Source: Myxococcales bacterium (GTDB lineage: Bacteria > Myxococcota_A > Polyangia > Polyangiales > Polyangiaceae). From it: a stretch of DNA of 64,000 nucleotides. This document shows, one piece after another, positions 18,947 to 31,686 of the stretch. The stretch covers positions 64,001 to 128,000 of the forward strand of contig JAYTOU010000057.1 in assembly GCA_043747615.1 (NCBI GenBank). Reading direction: 5' to 3'. Below the pieces are notes generated by a model that made no database searches, was not told where the DNA came from, and was given only the letters and a program-made list of their open reading frames with translations. The translations under genes and the position numbers were made by a program. The number at the start of each line of letters is the position of its first letter. The first letter of the stretch is position 1.

Positions 18947-20776
18947 GTGACCGAAGCAACGCCCAGAGAAACGATCGTTTCGCTCTTTCAGCACCAGGAG
19001 TCGAAGAGGCCCGCGCACCCAGCGCTCCGCACCAAGCGCGCCGGAGCATGGGAGACCGTCACCTGGGGGGATTGGGGCAAGCGCTCACGTGCCATGGCAG
19101 CCGAGCTGATTGCCCTCGGCGCGGCCACCGGTGATCGCGTGGCGATCTTCGCCAATACCCGCGAGGAATGGCTCTTCGCGGATGTCGCAATTCTCCTCGC
19201 CGGCGGGATCACCGTTCCCATTTACCAAACGCTGATTGGCGATCAGGCGGCGTACGTCCTCGACGACTCGGAAGCAAAAATCCTCTTTGCGGAGAGCGCG
19301 GCCTTCGTGCAACGCATATTCGACGTCAGTCCGGCTTCGATCGAACGCCTCGCTGCCATCGTGCTCTTCGACGGAGACGAGATGGAGAAGCTCTCGGTTG
19401 CCGTGCGCTCGAAGGTGACGACGCTGCGCGAAGTCCTCGGAAAGAAACGGAGCGACGACGAAGCTGCGAGGGTCGTGGATCGAGCCTCGAAGGTATCTCC
19501 GGAAGATCTCGCGACGCTCGTCTACACGTCGGGCACCACGGGGCCTCCGAAGGGGGTAATGCTCACCCACGAGAACTTCGCCTTCGAGACCGGATGCGTC
19601 CTGGGTCTGGTCGATCTCACCGATGCCGACGAGCAGCTCCTCTTTCTGCCGATGGCCCACATCTTCGCGAAGATCCTGGTGGTCATGCAGATCCGCGTGG
19701 GCTCGATCACTTCGTTCGCCGAATCGATTCTCAAGGCGATGGACAACGCGATGGAGGTCAACCCCACGTACATGGGGTGCGTCCCGCGCCTCTACGAAAA
19801 AATCTACGCCGCAGCGAACGAAAAGGCGCAGAAAGGGAGCCCGCTCGCACGGCAGATTTTCGCCTCGTCGATCGACGTTGGGCGCCAGGTGGCTCGCCAT
19901 GGAGAGCGCGGCGAGAAGATCCCAATGGTCCTCGCCGTGCAGAACGCCGTGGCCGACAAGCTCGTCCTGTCCAAGGTCCGCGCGCGGTTCGGAAACAGGA
20001 TCAAGTTTGCGATCACCGGGGGAGCGCCGCTCGCGAAGGAGCTCATGGAATGGTTCCACGGCACCGGGCTCGTGGTTCTCGAAGGCTACGGCCTCACGGA
20101 GACGACCGCGGCGTCGAACCTCACCCTTCCGAGCGCGTATCGTTTTGGAACGGTGGGCGGCGCGCTTCCAGGCGTCGAGGTGAAAATCGCGGCCGACGGC
20201 GAGATCATGATCCGTGGCCCCAACGTCATGCGCGGCTACTGGAAAAAAGAGGAAGCGACGCGCGAGGTGCTCGAAGTGGACGGCTGGTTCCACTCGGGCG
20301 ACATCGGCATCATCGACGAAAAAGGTTTTCTGAAGATCACGGATCGGAAGAAGGACATCATCGTCACCGCGGGCGGCAAGAACGTCGCCCCCCAGAACAT
20401 CGAGAACCTCCTCAAGCAGTCTCCGTGGATCAGCCAGGCCATGGTCCACGGCGACAAGCGACCGTACCTCGTCGCTCTCGTCACGCTAAATCCCGAGGCA
20501 CTCGATCGCTTCGCCAAAGAGATTGGACGCACCGTCGCCCCCGAAGCCTTCTCCACGGACGCCGATCTTCGTGCCCGCCTCCAGACAGAAATCGATGGCG
20601 CGAACGCCAAGCTCTCCGCGTTCGAATCGATCAAAAAATTTGCCATTTTACCCAAGGATTTCACGATCGAGGGGGGCGAGCTCACGCCGACGCTCAAGGT
20701 GAAGCGCAAGGTGGTCACCGATCAGCACCGCGTGATGCTCGACAAGTTTTACGACGGCGGGAAGGACGTCGCGTGA
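18947..20776 (+). CDS. Long-chain fatty acid--CoA ligase
   Basis: YTSGTTGPPKG, GYGLTET, DGWFHSGDIG, DRKKDIIVTAGGKNVAP, ELTPTLKVKR. Confidence 0.93.
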   Translation: MTEATPRETIVSLFQHQESKRPAHPALRTKRAGAWETVTWGDWGKRSRAMAAELIALGAATGDRVAIFANTREEWLFADVAILLAGGITVPIYQTLIGDQAAYVLDDSEAKILFAESAAFVQRIFDVSPASIERLAAIVLFDGDEMEKLSVAVRSKVTTLREVLGKKRSDDEAARVVDRASKVSPEDLATLVYTSGTTGPPKGVMLTHENFAFETGCVLGLVDLTDADEQLLFLPMAHIFAKILVVMQIRVGSITSFAESILKAMDNAMEVNPTYMGCVPRLYEKIYAAANEKAQKGSPLARQIFASSIDVGRQVARHGERGEKIPMVLAVQNAVADKLVLSKVRARFGNRIKFAITGGAPLAKELMEWFHGTGLVVLEGYGLTETTAASNLTLPSAYRFGTVGGALPGVEVKIAADGEIMIRGPNVMRGYWKKEEATREVLEVDGWFHSGDIGIIDEKGFLKITDRKKDIIVTAGGKNVAPQNIENLLKQSPWISQAMVHGDKRPYLVALVTLNPEALDRFAKEIGRTVAPEAFSTDADLRARLQTEIDGANAKLSAFESIKKFAILPKDFTIEGGELTPTLKVKRKVVTDQHRVMLDKFYDGGKDVA

Positions 20777-20833
20777 TGACGTTCACGCAACATTGCCTTC
20801 CGAAGGTTGCTTAGCGACCTTACATTCTTCACC

Positions 20834-22072
20834 ATGTCGATTCCTCATGTGCTGATCGTCGGCGGCGGATTCGGAGGTCTGACGGCGGCTCAGGCGCTGA
20901 AGAACGCGCCGGTGCGGATCACGCTTCTGGATCGAACGAACCATCACCTGTTTCAGCCGCTCCTCTACCAGGTGGCCATGGCTGGGCTCTCGCCGGCGGA
21001 CATCGCTTCTCCGATCCGCTCGGTCCTCTCGAGGCAAAAGAACGTCACCGTTCTTCTCGAGGAAGTGGCTGCGTTCGATCTAGCCGCCAAGTCGGTGCGC
21101 ACGGACAAGGACACCCTCACATACGACTTTCTGATTCTCGCGATGGGCGCGCAGACGGACTACTTCGGTCACCGGGAGTGGGAAGCGTTCGCCCCCGGGT
21201 TGAAGAGTCTCGGGGACGCTACCGAGATCCGTCGTCGCGTTCTCATGGCCTTCGAGCGCGCGGAGTGCGAGAGGGACGACCGCGAGCGCACGCGACTTCT
21301 AACCTTCGTGGTGATCGGAGCTGGCCCCACCGGCGTCGAGCTCGCGGGCGCGCTGGCCGAGCTGTCGAAATTCGTGCTCGGCAGGGATTTTCGCGCGATA
21401 GATCTCTCCGCGACGCGCGTAGTCCTTCTTGAAGGAGGGGCTCGGGTCCTCGCGCCGTTTCCGCCGGAGCTCTCTCTCAAGGCAGAAAAGCAGCTCAAAG
21501 ATCTGGGCGTCGAAATTCGTCTCGACAGCCTGGTCACGCGCATCGATGAAACCGGCGTCGAAATCGGCGCCGAAAAAATCGAGGCCGCGACGGTTCTCTG
21601 GGCCGCAGGCGTTCGGCCGGAGCCACTCGTCGCGGAGATCGGCGTTCCTGTCGACCGCGGTGGGCGGGCGATCGTGGAGAGCGATCTTGCGCTCCCCGGT
21701 CACCCCGAGGTGTTCGCCATCGGAGACATGGCGCTCTTCAAGGACGACGATGGACGACCCCTTCCTGGGGTCAGCCCGGTCGCGATGCAGCAGGCCCGCT
21801 TCGTCGCAAAATGTATTGCGCATCCCGATCGCCCGCGTGGAACGTTTCGCTACTCCGACAAAGGAACGATGGCGACCATCGGGAGGTCACGGGCAGTGGC
21901 CGTCTCGCACAAACTGAAAATGAGCGGGTTTCTCGCCTGGATGGCGTGGCTCGTGGTGCACCTGTGGTTTCTCATCGGCTTCCGCAGCCGCGTCGTGGTG
22001 ATGTTCGAGTGGGCCTGGTCGTACTTCACGTACCGCCGCGGAGCGCGTCTCATCCTCGGAAAAAAAAGCTAG
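20834..22072 (+). CDS. ndh: Type II NADH:quinone oxidoreductase
   Basis: GGGFGG, HLFQPLLYQVA, GAGPTGVELAG, WAAGV, AMQQA, DKGTMATIGR. Confidence 0.92.
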   Translation: MSIPHVLIVGGGFGGLTAAQALKNAPVRITLLDRTNHHLFQPLLYQVAMAGLSPADIASPIRSVLSRQKNVTVLLEEVAAFDLAAKSVRTDKDTLTYDFLILAMGAQTDYFGHREWEAFAPGLKSLGDATEIRRRVLMAFERAECERDDRERTRLLTFVVIGAGPTGVELAGALAELSKFVLGRDFRAIDLSATRVVLLEGGARVLAPFPPELSLKAEKQLKDLGVEIRLDSLVTRIDETGVEIGAEKIEAATVLWAAGVRPEPLVAEIGVPVDRGGRAIVESDLALPGHPEVFAIGDMALFKDDDGRPLPGVSPVAMQQARFVAKCIAHPDRPRGTFRYSDKGTMATIGRSRAVAVSHKLKMSGFLAWMAWLVVHLWFLIGFRSRVVVMFEWAWSYFTYRRGARLILGKKS

Positions 22073-22144
22073 CCGCGCAGGCCTTGGCGCTCTCATTCGC
22101 CGCGCAGGCTCAAGCACGCTGCGAGAACGAGAAGACCGAGAATC

Positions 22145-22609
22145 TCAGTGCCCGTGACCTTCGGCAGGAGCGTGCCCTTCGCCGGGCGTGCCTTCGTGCT
22201 CGGGCTTCGGCTCGGGGCGCGTGTCGCCGCCAGGAGCGGCGCTCCCGGTGGGCGCGAAGTACATCGTGCCTTGCGACTCGTCGATCTCACCGCGGCGCCC
22301 GGTGTCGTTCACGGTGTACGCGAAGAAGACCCCGATGAAGAGCAGCGACGAGACGAAGATGAGCGCGTGGAACTTGTTGTCGTTGCGCAAGTGCATGAAG
22401 AACAGGCACACGAGGGCCGCCTTGATCGACGCAATGACGATCGCCACCGCCAGGTTCGCCGGGCCGAGGTGCACGTACGATACGCCAACCGTTGCCACCG
22501 TGAGCGTGATCAGCGCAGCGAAGATGGCCAAGTAGAACTTGATGGACGAGATGTGAGCGTGCACGCGCCCGTCGTCGTGATCCTCGTGGGCATTTTCGTG
22601 GTTGTCCAT
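22145..22609 (-). CDS. Cytochrome c oxidase subunit IV family
   Basis: Three TM, IASIKAALVCLFFMHL; last gene of the oxidase operon. Confidence 0.88.
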   Translation of the reverse strand: MDNHENAHEDHDDGRVHAHISSIKFYLAIFAALITLTVATVGVSYVHLGPANLAVAIVIASIKAALVCLFFMHLRNDNKFHALIFVSSLLFIGVFFAYTVNDTGRRGEIDESQGTMYFAPTGSAAPGGDTRPEPKPEHEGTPGEGHAPAEGHGH

Positions 22610-22616
22610 GGGGGCC

Positions 22617-23314
22617 TCAGTCAATCAAGTAGAGAAGCGGGAAGAGATAGATCCAGACGAGGTCGACGAGGTGCCAGTAGAGGGCCGCGAGATCGACCGG
22701 AGTGAAGTACTCCTTGGAGAACTCGCCCCTCTCGTTGCGGCGCCAGATCCAGGTGAGGACGCCGATGCCGACGAGGATGTGGATGGCGTGGACGCCCGTC
22801 ATCATGAAATAAATCGAGAAGAAGATGCTCGATTTTTCGGGGACCATCCCGTGCTCGAGATGGTGAGGATGAAAATACGGTCCGGGGAGGAGACCGCTGT
22901 GGAACTTGTGGCCGTACTCGAAGTACTTCACCACCAAGAAGGCGATCGCGCAGGCGATGGTGACGAGCAGCAGTCGGCCGGTCATCTTCTTCTGTCCGAG
23001 CTGAGCGGAGCGCACCGCGAGGGCGGCCGTCAAGCTGCTGAAGAGAAGGACGATCGTGTTGAGCGCTCCCATGGTCTTGTCGAGCTGGTGCGAGCCCGCG
23101 GAGAAGGCGCCCGGGTACCAGTTGCGAAAGACCCCGTAGGCAACGAAGAGACCGCTGAAGAACAGGAGCTCCTGGCCCAGGAAGATCCACATGCCGAGCT
23201 TCGCCGCGCCGAACTGCTGGGCGGGAGTATCGAAATGGTGCTGGAGGAACTTGGGGTGCGCGTGCTCCCCATGACCTCCCTCTACGTGCTCGGTGGCCGC
23301 GGCTTCGGTGGCGC

Positions 23315-23318
<4 letters not shown>
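22617..23318 (-). CDS. ctaE: Cytochrome c oxidase subunit III
   Basis: [26 protein letters not shown]. Confidence 0.93.
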
Positions 23319-24973
<1,655 letters not shown>

Positions 24974-24997
24974 GATGCGTTCTTCCTTGTCTGCTCT

Positions 24998-25035
24998 TCT
25001 GGTGTCTAACTCTGGTGTCTAACTCTGGTGTCTAA
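24998..25035. repeat. 13-bp tandem repeat TCTGGTGTCTAAC, about 3 copies
   Basis: Copies at 24998, 25011 and 25024 (last one 12/13); overlaps the subunit II stop codon. Confidence 0.9.
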
Positions 25036-25964
25036 AGCGTCTTCATGTACGCAATGATCGCGTCGATCTGCTTGTCGTTGAAAACGAACGGCGGCATCAC
25101 GACGGTGCTGTAGCCACTCACGATTTTCGCTTGCGGCATCGCGATCGACTCCTTGACGTAGTTTTCGTCGATCGTCAGCTTCAGGCCGTTGCTCATCAAT
25201 TCTTCGCGATGCCAGATGCCCTTCCACGTCGGCCCAGACATCTTCGAGCCGTCGATCGAGTGGCACGTGTTGCAGCTATTCTGCTTGTAGAGTCGAGCGC
25301 CCCACGCGGCCGGCAATTCACCAGCCTCGGCGCCTGCGCCCTCCTTCATGAATTTTTCGTACTCGTCGTTCGACACCACCCGGATGGTGGCGAGCATGCC
25401 CGAGTGGCTAGTGCCGCAGTACTCGGCGCAGAACACCTGCATGTCACCGAGCTTGATCGGCGTGAAGGAGATGGTCGAGTACATGCCCGGCACGGCGTCC
25501 TTCTTCAGACGCGAGCCCGGGACGTAGAAGCTGTGAAGAACGTCCTCGGAAGAGATGACGAACTTGACCGGCTTGTTGACGGGAATGCGCAGGATGCCGT
25601 TCTCCCGCATCCCGTTCGGATACTCGAATTCCCATTTCCATTTAGCGGCGCGCACCCGGATCTCGGTGGCACCGTCTGCGGCGACTGCGTTGTGCACGTA
25701 GACTTTGAAGCCGTAGTGGAACGGGATGACGATCAGTACGAGCGGGATGATCGTCCACGCAAGCTCGAGGGTGAGCATGTGCCCGACCGGGGCCGCTTTC
25801 ACGCCGGGCCGACGCCTGTATTCCCACGCGAAGTATACGATGCAAAAAAGGATGATCGCCGTGAAGACGACGCTGAACCAGAAGACGATCATGTAGAGAT
25901 CGTCGACCTCGGCGGCACCGGTCGAGAGCTGCTCGGGGAGCTGGAACGTCTGGGGATTGATCAT
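25032..25964 (-). CDS. ctaC: Cytochrome c oxidase subunit II with fused cytochrome c (caa3-type)
   Basis: DVLHSF, CuA motif CAEYCGTSHSGM, C-terminal CNTCH...MP. Confidence 0.95.
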   Translation of the reverse strand: MINPQTFQLPEQLSTGAAEVDDLYMIVFWFSVVFTAIILFCIVYFAWEYRRRPGVKAAPVGHMLTLELAWTIIPLVLIVIPFHYGFKVYVHNAVAADGATEIRVRAAKWKWEFEYPNGMRENGILRIPVNKPVKFVISSEDVLHSFYVPGSRLKKDAVPGMYSTISFTPIKLGDMQVFCAEYCGTSHSGMLATIRVVSNDEYEKFMKEGAGAEAGELPAAWGARLYKQNSCNTCHSIDGSKMSGPTWKGIWHREELMSNGLKLTIDENYVKESIAMPQAKIVSGYSTVVMPPFVFNDKQIDAIIAYMKTL

Positions 25965-26848
25965 GAAGTTTCCGTTGCGTGATCGCCGGGCGGGGCTTCT
26001 TTGAGGTCTGGGCCGCGGCTGCGTTTACGTTCGCGAACGAACATGAGCGCGAGGAACGAACCGAGAATCAAGACGGTGACGCCACCACCGAGGCGCATCA
26101 GGTTTCTCGCAAAGGGCACGTATTTCCCTTCCTGCGGATCGTAGCGATAGCAGTAGAGCATCACCTTCTCGATCGTCGACGTGGACCTCCCGTTTGCTGC
26201 TTCGAGGAGACCGAACCTTAGATCTTTAGGGTCGTATTCGAGGCCGTACAGATAACGAGCCATCTGACCGTTGGGTTTGGCCAGCATGATCACCGCGGGA
26301 TGCCCGTACTGACCTTGCCGCTCGTCGTACTCGTATTCAAAACCTGCTGCGTTGGCGACACGATCGATCTCGCCCTTCTTGCCGACCAAGAAATGAAATC
26401 CGGCGCCCTCCGGATCGCGGCCGTAGCTCGCGATGATGCCGGCCCGTTTCTCGGCGGCGGTTTGGGGCGTGTCTCGGGGGTCGATGCTGATGACCACCAC
26501 TTCGAAATCTTTGCCCGCCGTCCAGGGCACGATCTTCATGCTCGTGGCCGCTGCGTTCTGGACCATGCCGCACAGGACCGGGCACGAGTGGTAGGCGAGG
26601 ATGAGGAGCACCGGGTGCTCGCCTCGGAAGTAATCCCCGAGATGGGCTTCTTTTCCCGTGTGATCCAGGAACGTCGCGTCGAGAGGAAGCTGCGCATTGA
26701 GGTGCTCTCGCACGCCCACGTGCTGAAGCTCTTTCGGGACAGGTGCTTCGCCGGCTTGCGCCACGTCCGCAACGAACGCATTTCCAGCGACGAGCCCGAG
26801 GAGGCACGCGAGGAAGAGCGCGATGCGAAGCGGGCGCGCGGAGGTCAT
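25961..26848 (-). CDS. SCO family copper chaperone
   Basis: CPVLC, ISIDP, conserved His (GHP), C-terminal TM. Confidence 0.9.
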   Translation of the reverse strand: MTSARPLRIALFLACLLGLVAGNAFVADVAQAGEAPVPKELQHVGVREHLNAQLPLDATFLDHTGKEAHLGDYFRGEHPVLLILAYHSCPVLCGMVQNAAATSMKIVPWTAGKDFEVVVISIDPRDTPQTAAEKRAGIIASYGRDPEGAGFHFLVGKKGEIDRVANAAGFEYEYDERQGQYGHPAVIMLAKPNGQMARYLYGLEYDPKDLRFGLLEAANGRSTSTIEKVMLYCYRYDPQEGKYVPFARNLMRLGGGVTVLILGSFLALMFVRERKRSRGPDLKEAPPGDHATETS

Positions 26849-27249
26849 GGCGCCGCGTCTCCGGCCGGTGCGGCGGGGAGCGTCGGAGCTACGGCGTCTG
26901 GCATCGCCGCATTGTCGAACTTCGGCGCGACGCCGCCGGCGGGTACGAGGCGCGACCAGCCCAAGAGGGCCGCGGTGTCGTTCGACTGGACCGGCGAGAT
27001 CAGAGGAGAGCCTTCGCGGCCGTGTGCAATATCGCCCATCGCTTTGTCGATGCCGCCGAGCTTCGCTTGTTCTTCTTCCCGCTGCTTCCGAAGCTCGTCG
27101 AGAGGCGCGATCTTCGCCTTCGCCTCCGACTCGAACATGTCGGTGAAGTACGAATCGAAGATCGGCTTCAGGATGCCGAGCGACGCCACTGTGACGATGG
27201 TGAGCATCGCGATGAGTCGAGTTCGCGGGGGGCTTTGATCGGTCGCCAT
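26845..27249 (-). CDS. Small single-TM protein in the ACIII-oxidase operon (possible accessory subunit)
   Basis: MATDQSPPRTRLIAMLTIVTVASLGILKPIF..., one TM plus coiled coil; stop overlaps the SCO start. Confidence 0.65.
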   Translation of the reverse strand: MATDQSPPRTRLIAMLTIVTVASLGILKPIFDSYFTDMFESEAKAKIAPLDELRKQREEEQAKLGGIDKAMGDIAHGREGSPLISPVQSNDTAALLGWSRLVPAGGVAPKFDNAAMPDAVAPTLPAAPAGDAAP

Positions 27250-27257
27250 CGTTGCTC

Positions 27258-28757
27258 CTACGCGTTCTCGAATTGCAGCGCCCGCGGAAGCCGGGGATCG
27301 CCGATGGGGATGAGCGGATAGCCGAGCATTCCGTAAAACACCGCGGAGAGATAAATACCGCCGACGCCGAGGAAGCAGGCCAGATCGAGCCAATGAACGC
27401 CGAAGTCTGCTTGCCCGTAGTTGGGCATCACCAGCCAGTAGATGTCGACAGCGTGCATCGCGATGAGCCACGACGCGCCGAGCGCGAGCGTGAACATCTT
27501 GCGCTTGGTGTTTCGCGAGATGAGCAGGAAAAAAGGCACTGCGAAGTGGAGCAGGATGAGCGCGATGCTCACCAGCTTCCACGGTCCGTTGTCCCAGCGC
27601 ATGTGGAAGAAGGTGACCTCTTCGGGGAGCGCCGCGTACCAGATCAGCATGAACTGCGAGAAACCGATGTACGCCCAGAAGACGAGGAAGCCGAAGAGGA
27701 GCTTGCCGAGGTCGTGGTAGTGCTCGGTGTTGATCGCCTTCGTGAGGATTCCCGTCGAGCGGAGGGCGAGGGTGGTCACGATGATCGTGGCGTGGATGGC
27801 TACGACCGAGCCGGCAAAGATGTAGACGCCGAAGATCGTGGAATACCAACCCGGCAAAAGCGACATGATCCAATCGAATGCCGCGAAGGTCAGAGTGAGA
27901 CCGAAGAAGATCATCGCCGGCGGCGAGAAGCGCTGCACGCTCACGGTTAGCTTCGGATCCCGAGACACGTCTTGCTTGGTGGAGAATTGAAAAAGCTTCA
28001 GCCCCAAGAACGCCCATACGATGAAGTAGAAGATGGCGCGCCCAGTAAAGAAACCGACGTTCAGGTACGGGGATTTCCCACGAATGACCCGCTCCTCGAT
28101 CAGCTCGTCGGGATCTCCGCGGCGCGCCTCGTGTGTGCCGGCAGCAGCGTGGGATTCGGCATCGTCGTGACGATCCTCGACGTTGAGGATCTTCTTCTGC
28201 CGCGCTTCGGGTGATCCCGGATCGATCTCGTGTCCGGCACCGACGGACTTGACCTCGGCGTGCGGCGCCTCGTGTCCGCTCGCGCTGCCGTGGAACCACG
28301 GAAAGAGGTGACCCATGGACAACCACACCGGAACGAAGAGGAGGGCAAAGACGAAGATTCCGCGGCCGAAGAACTCGGACGTGCGGCGGACGGTGACGCT
28401 CCAGCCCGCGCTCGTCAGGTGCTGGATCAGCGTGAAGAAGATCGAGCCGAGGGCGATGGTCAGAAAGAAAAGAAACGCGAAGAGGTACGAGAACGCGAAA
28501 CGCTTTGCATCCGTGGTGTACCCAAAGACAGCGCCACCGAGCCCAATGACACCCACGATCCCCGCGTATTTCCAGGCGTTCGTGAAGGGGTTGTCGGCTG
28601 GCAAGCGATAAGCCGTGCGCGTCGTATCGGCCGTCGTCGGCGGCGCATCCGCCTTGGCGTCCGTCTTCTTGTTCGCGGAAGGGGACGGCTTGCGACCGGT
28701 CGTCTCTTTCCTGGCGTCCGCGCCGCCCTTCTCGTCCGTGTCCTTGGGGTCGCTCAT
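27258..28757 (-). CDS. actF: Alternative complex III subunit ActF
   Basis: Polytopic; AGWSVTVRR, YLNVGFF, DWIMSL..WYSTIFG, HDLGKL, SQFMLIWY. Confidence 0.9.
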   Translation of the reverse strand: MSDPKDTDEKGGADARKETTGRKPSPSANKKTDAKADAPPTTADTTRTAYRLPADNPFTNAWKYAGIVGVIGLGGAVFGYTTDAKRFAFSYLFAFLFFLTIALGSIFFTLIQHLTSAGWSVTVRRTSEFFGRGIFVFALLFVPVWLSMGHLFPWFHGSASGHEAPHAEVKSVGAGHEIDPGSPEARQKKILNVEDRHDDAESHAAAGTHEARRGDPDELIEERVIRGKSPYLNVGFFTGRAIFYFIVWAFLGLKLFQFSTKQDVSRDPKLTVSVQRFSPPAMIFFGLTLTFAAFDWIMSLLPGWYSTIFGVYIFAGSVVAIHATIIVTTLALRSTGILTKAINTEHYHDLGKLLFGFLVFWAYIGFSQFMLIWYAALPEEVTFFHMRWDNGPWKLVSIALILLHFAVPFFLLISRNTKRKMFTLALGASWLIAMHAVDIYWLVMPNYGQADFGVHWLDLACFLGVGGIYLSAVFYGMLGYPLIPIGDPRLPRALQFENA

Positions 28758-29368
28758 GGCTTCTTCTCCGAGGCGACCTGCGCCTGGCTCAACTCGAGCG
28801 CGCGCACGTAACTCACAATCGCCCAGCGATCATTCACTGGGATCTGCGGACCGTAGGCGGGCATGTTGCGAACCCCGTTGGTAATCGTGGCGAAGACCTG
28901 ACCATCGGGGAGATGACGGATGCGTTCTTCGTGAAGGCTCGGCGGCTTGAGCATGCCGTGCTTCACGATGAGACCGTTGCCATTTCCGGTCTGGTCGTGG
29001 CAGGGCGTGCAGTAGATCCCGAAACGATCCTGGCCGCGGTGGACAAGAGACTCCATTCCGCCGCCCCGCTCGACCGCTTCGTTCGGGACGGTGAGCACGT
29101 AGCCGGAGCCATCGTCGAGCAGCCCCTTGGCGATGCGATCGTCGACCTCGGCTTCACGGGAGACCGCTCCTTCGACGGGCGGACGCATGTCGCGATGATC
29201 CTCGAAGAAGGCGCTCTCGCCCTGGGTCTTGTACTTCGGCTGGTTGTACATGTTGCGGATACCGACGAACGGCGTTTCGCGCGTCGTTTCGCCGCGGCAG
29301 CCCGTGAGCAACAAGGTGGCGCCGCTTCCGGCGAGAGCAAGGCAGATGACGAGGAGAGAATGTTTCAC
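28754..29368 (-). CDS. actE: Alternative complex III monoheme lipoprotein ActE
   Basis: Lipobox LTGC, MYNQPKY, CTPCH, MPAY, RWAIVSYVRAL. Confidence 0.92.
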   Translation of the reverse strand: MKHSLLVICLALAGSGATLLLTGCRGETTRETPFVGIRNMYNQPKYKTQGESAFFEDHRDMRPPVEGAVSREAEVDDRIAKGLLDDGSGYVLTVPNEAVERGGGMESLVHRGQDRFGIYCTPCHDQTGNGNGLIVKHGMLKPPSLHEERIRHLPDGQVFATITNGVRNMPAYGPQIPVNDRWAIVSYVRALELSQAQVASEKKP

Positions 29369-30246
29369 GGCGCGTCCTCTTCGACGAGCTCGACATGCTC
29401 TGCGTGGGTTTTCTCCAGCAGATCGCGCGTTCGTTCGAGCTTAAATTTCGGGTCTTCCACTTCGACCGAAACGAAAAATTTGTCGTCCGAGAAACCTCGG
29501 AAGCGTTCCGACTCGAAGAGCGGGTGGTTGTGCCGCGGAAGCTTGTTCATCCCGAGCATGCCGAACACAGCGGTGAGCGCCGAGAAGAGAACAGTGAGCT
29601 CGAAGAGGATCGGGACCATCGAGGGGACGGCGCCGGGAGGCTTGCCTCCGATCACGATGGGGTAGTCGATGCCGTTCATCCAATACATCATCGTGAACCC
29701 TAGGGTCGCGCCGGTGAGCCCCATACAGAACACGAGCCAGCCGAGCTTCGAGTCCGGGAGCCCCATCGCCTTGTCCATTCCGTGAACCGGAAACGGCGTG
29801 TGGGTGTCGAACTTGGTGTAGCCGGCGTCACGGAGCCTCTCGGCCGCGCGCAGGCACGCGCCAGGCGACTTGTATTCCGCAAGTAACAGCGCCGCGCGCC
29901 GCTCGGGAGGCGCACCGTTTCTCGACGAATGCGTCGGAGGCTCGTGATGGCCTTCGTCGTCGATGCCCACCGCTCGCCCCGGGCCTTTGTGTCCGGGTGA
30001 CTCGCGATCCTCGGGATCGATTTTCTTGAACGTCGCCAACGGCGCCTCGTCATCCGAATCTGCAGGCGGAAAAGGCTTGGCGTGAGAATCGATGTCTTCT
30101 TTGCCGTGCGGCGTGCTCGCCACCGGATGCCCGAGGTCGGTTGGCACTTTGTCGGTGCGGGCCTTCACCACCCGATCGACGGCTTCCTTGGCCGCCTCGG
30201 AGAGCCCTTCCTTCTTCGTCTTCTTGAGAGAATCGTCGTCACTCAT
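29365..30246 (-). CDS. actD: Alternative complex III subunit ActD (DUF3341)
   Basis: DTHTPFPVHGMD, IGGKP, PILFELTVL; long charged N-terminal extension. Confidence 0.9.
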   Translation of the reverse strand: MSDDDSLKKTKKEGLSEAAKEAVDRVVKARTDKVPTDLGHPVASTPHGKEDIDSHAKPFPPADSDDEAPLATFKKIDPEDRESPGHKGPGRAVGIDDEGHHEPPTHSSRNGAPPERRAALLLAEYKSPGACLRAAERLRDAGYTKFDTHTPFPVHGMDKAMGLPDSKLGWLVFCMGLTGATLGFTMMYWMNGIDYPIVIGGKPPGAVPSMVPILFELTVLFSALTAVFGMLGMNKLPRHNHPLFESERFRGFSDDKFFVSVEVEDPKFKLERTRDLLEKTHAEHVELVEEDAP

Positions 30247-30249
30247 GAC

Positions 30250-31685
<1,436 letters not shown>

Positions 31686-31686
<1 letters not shown>

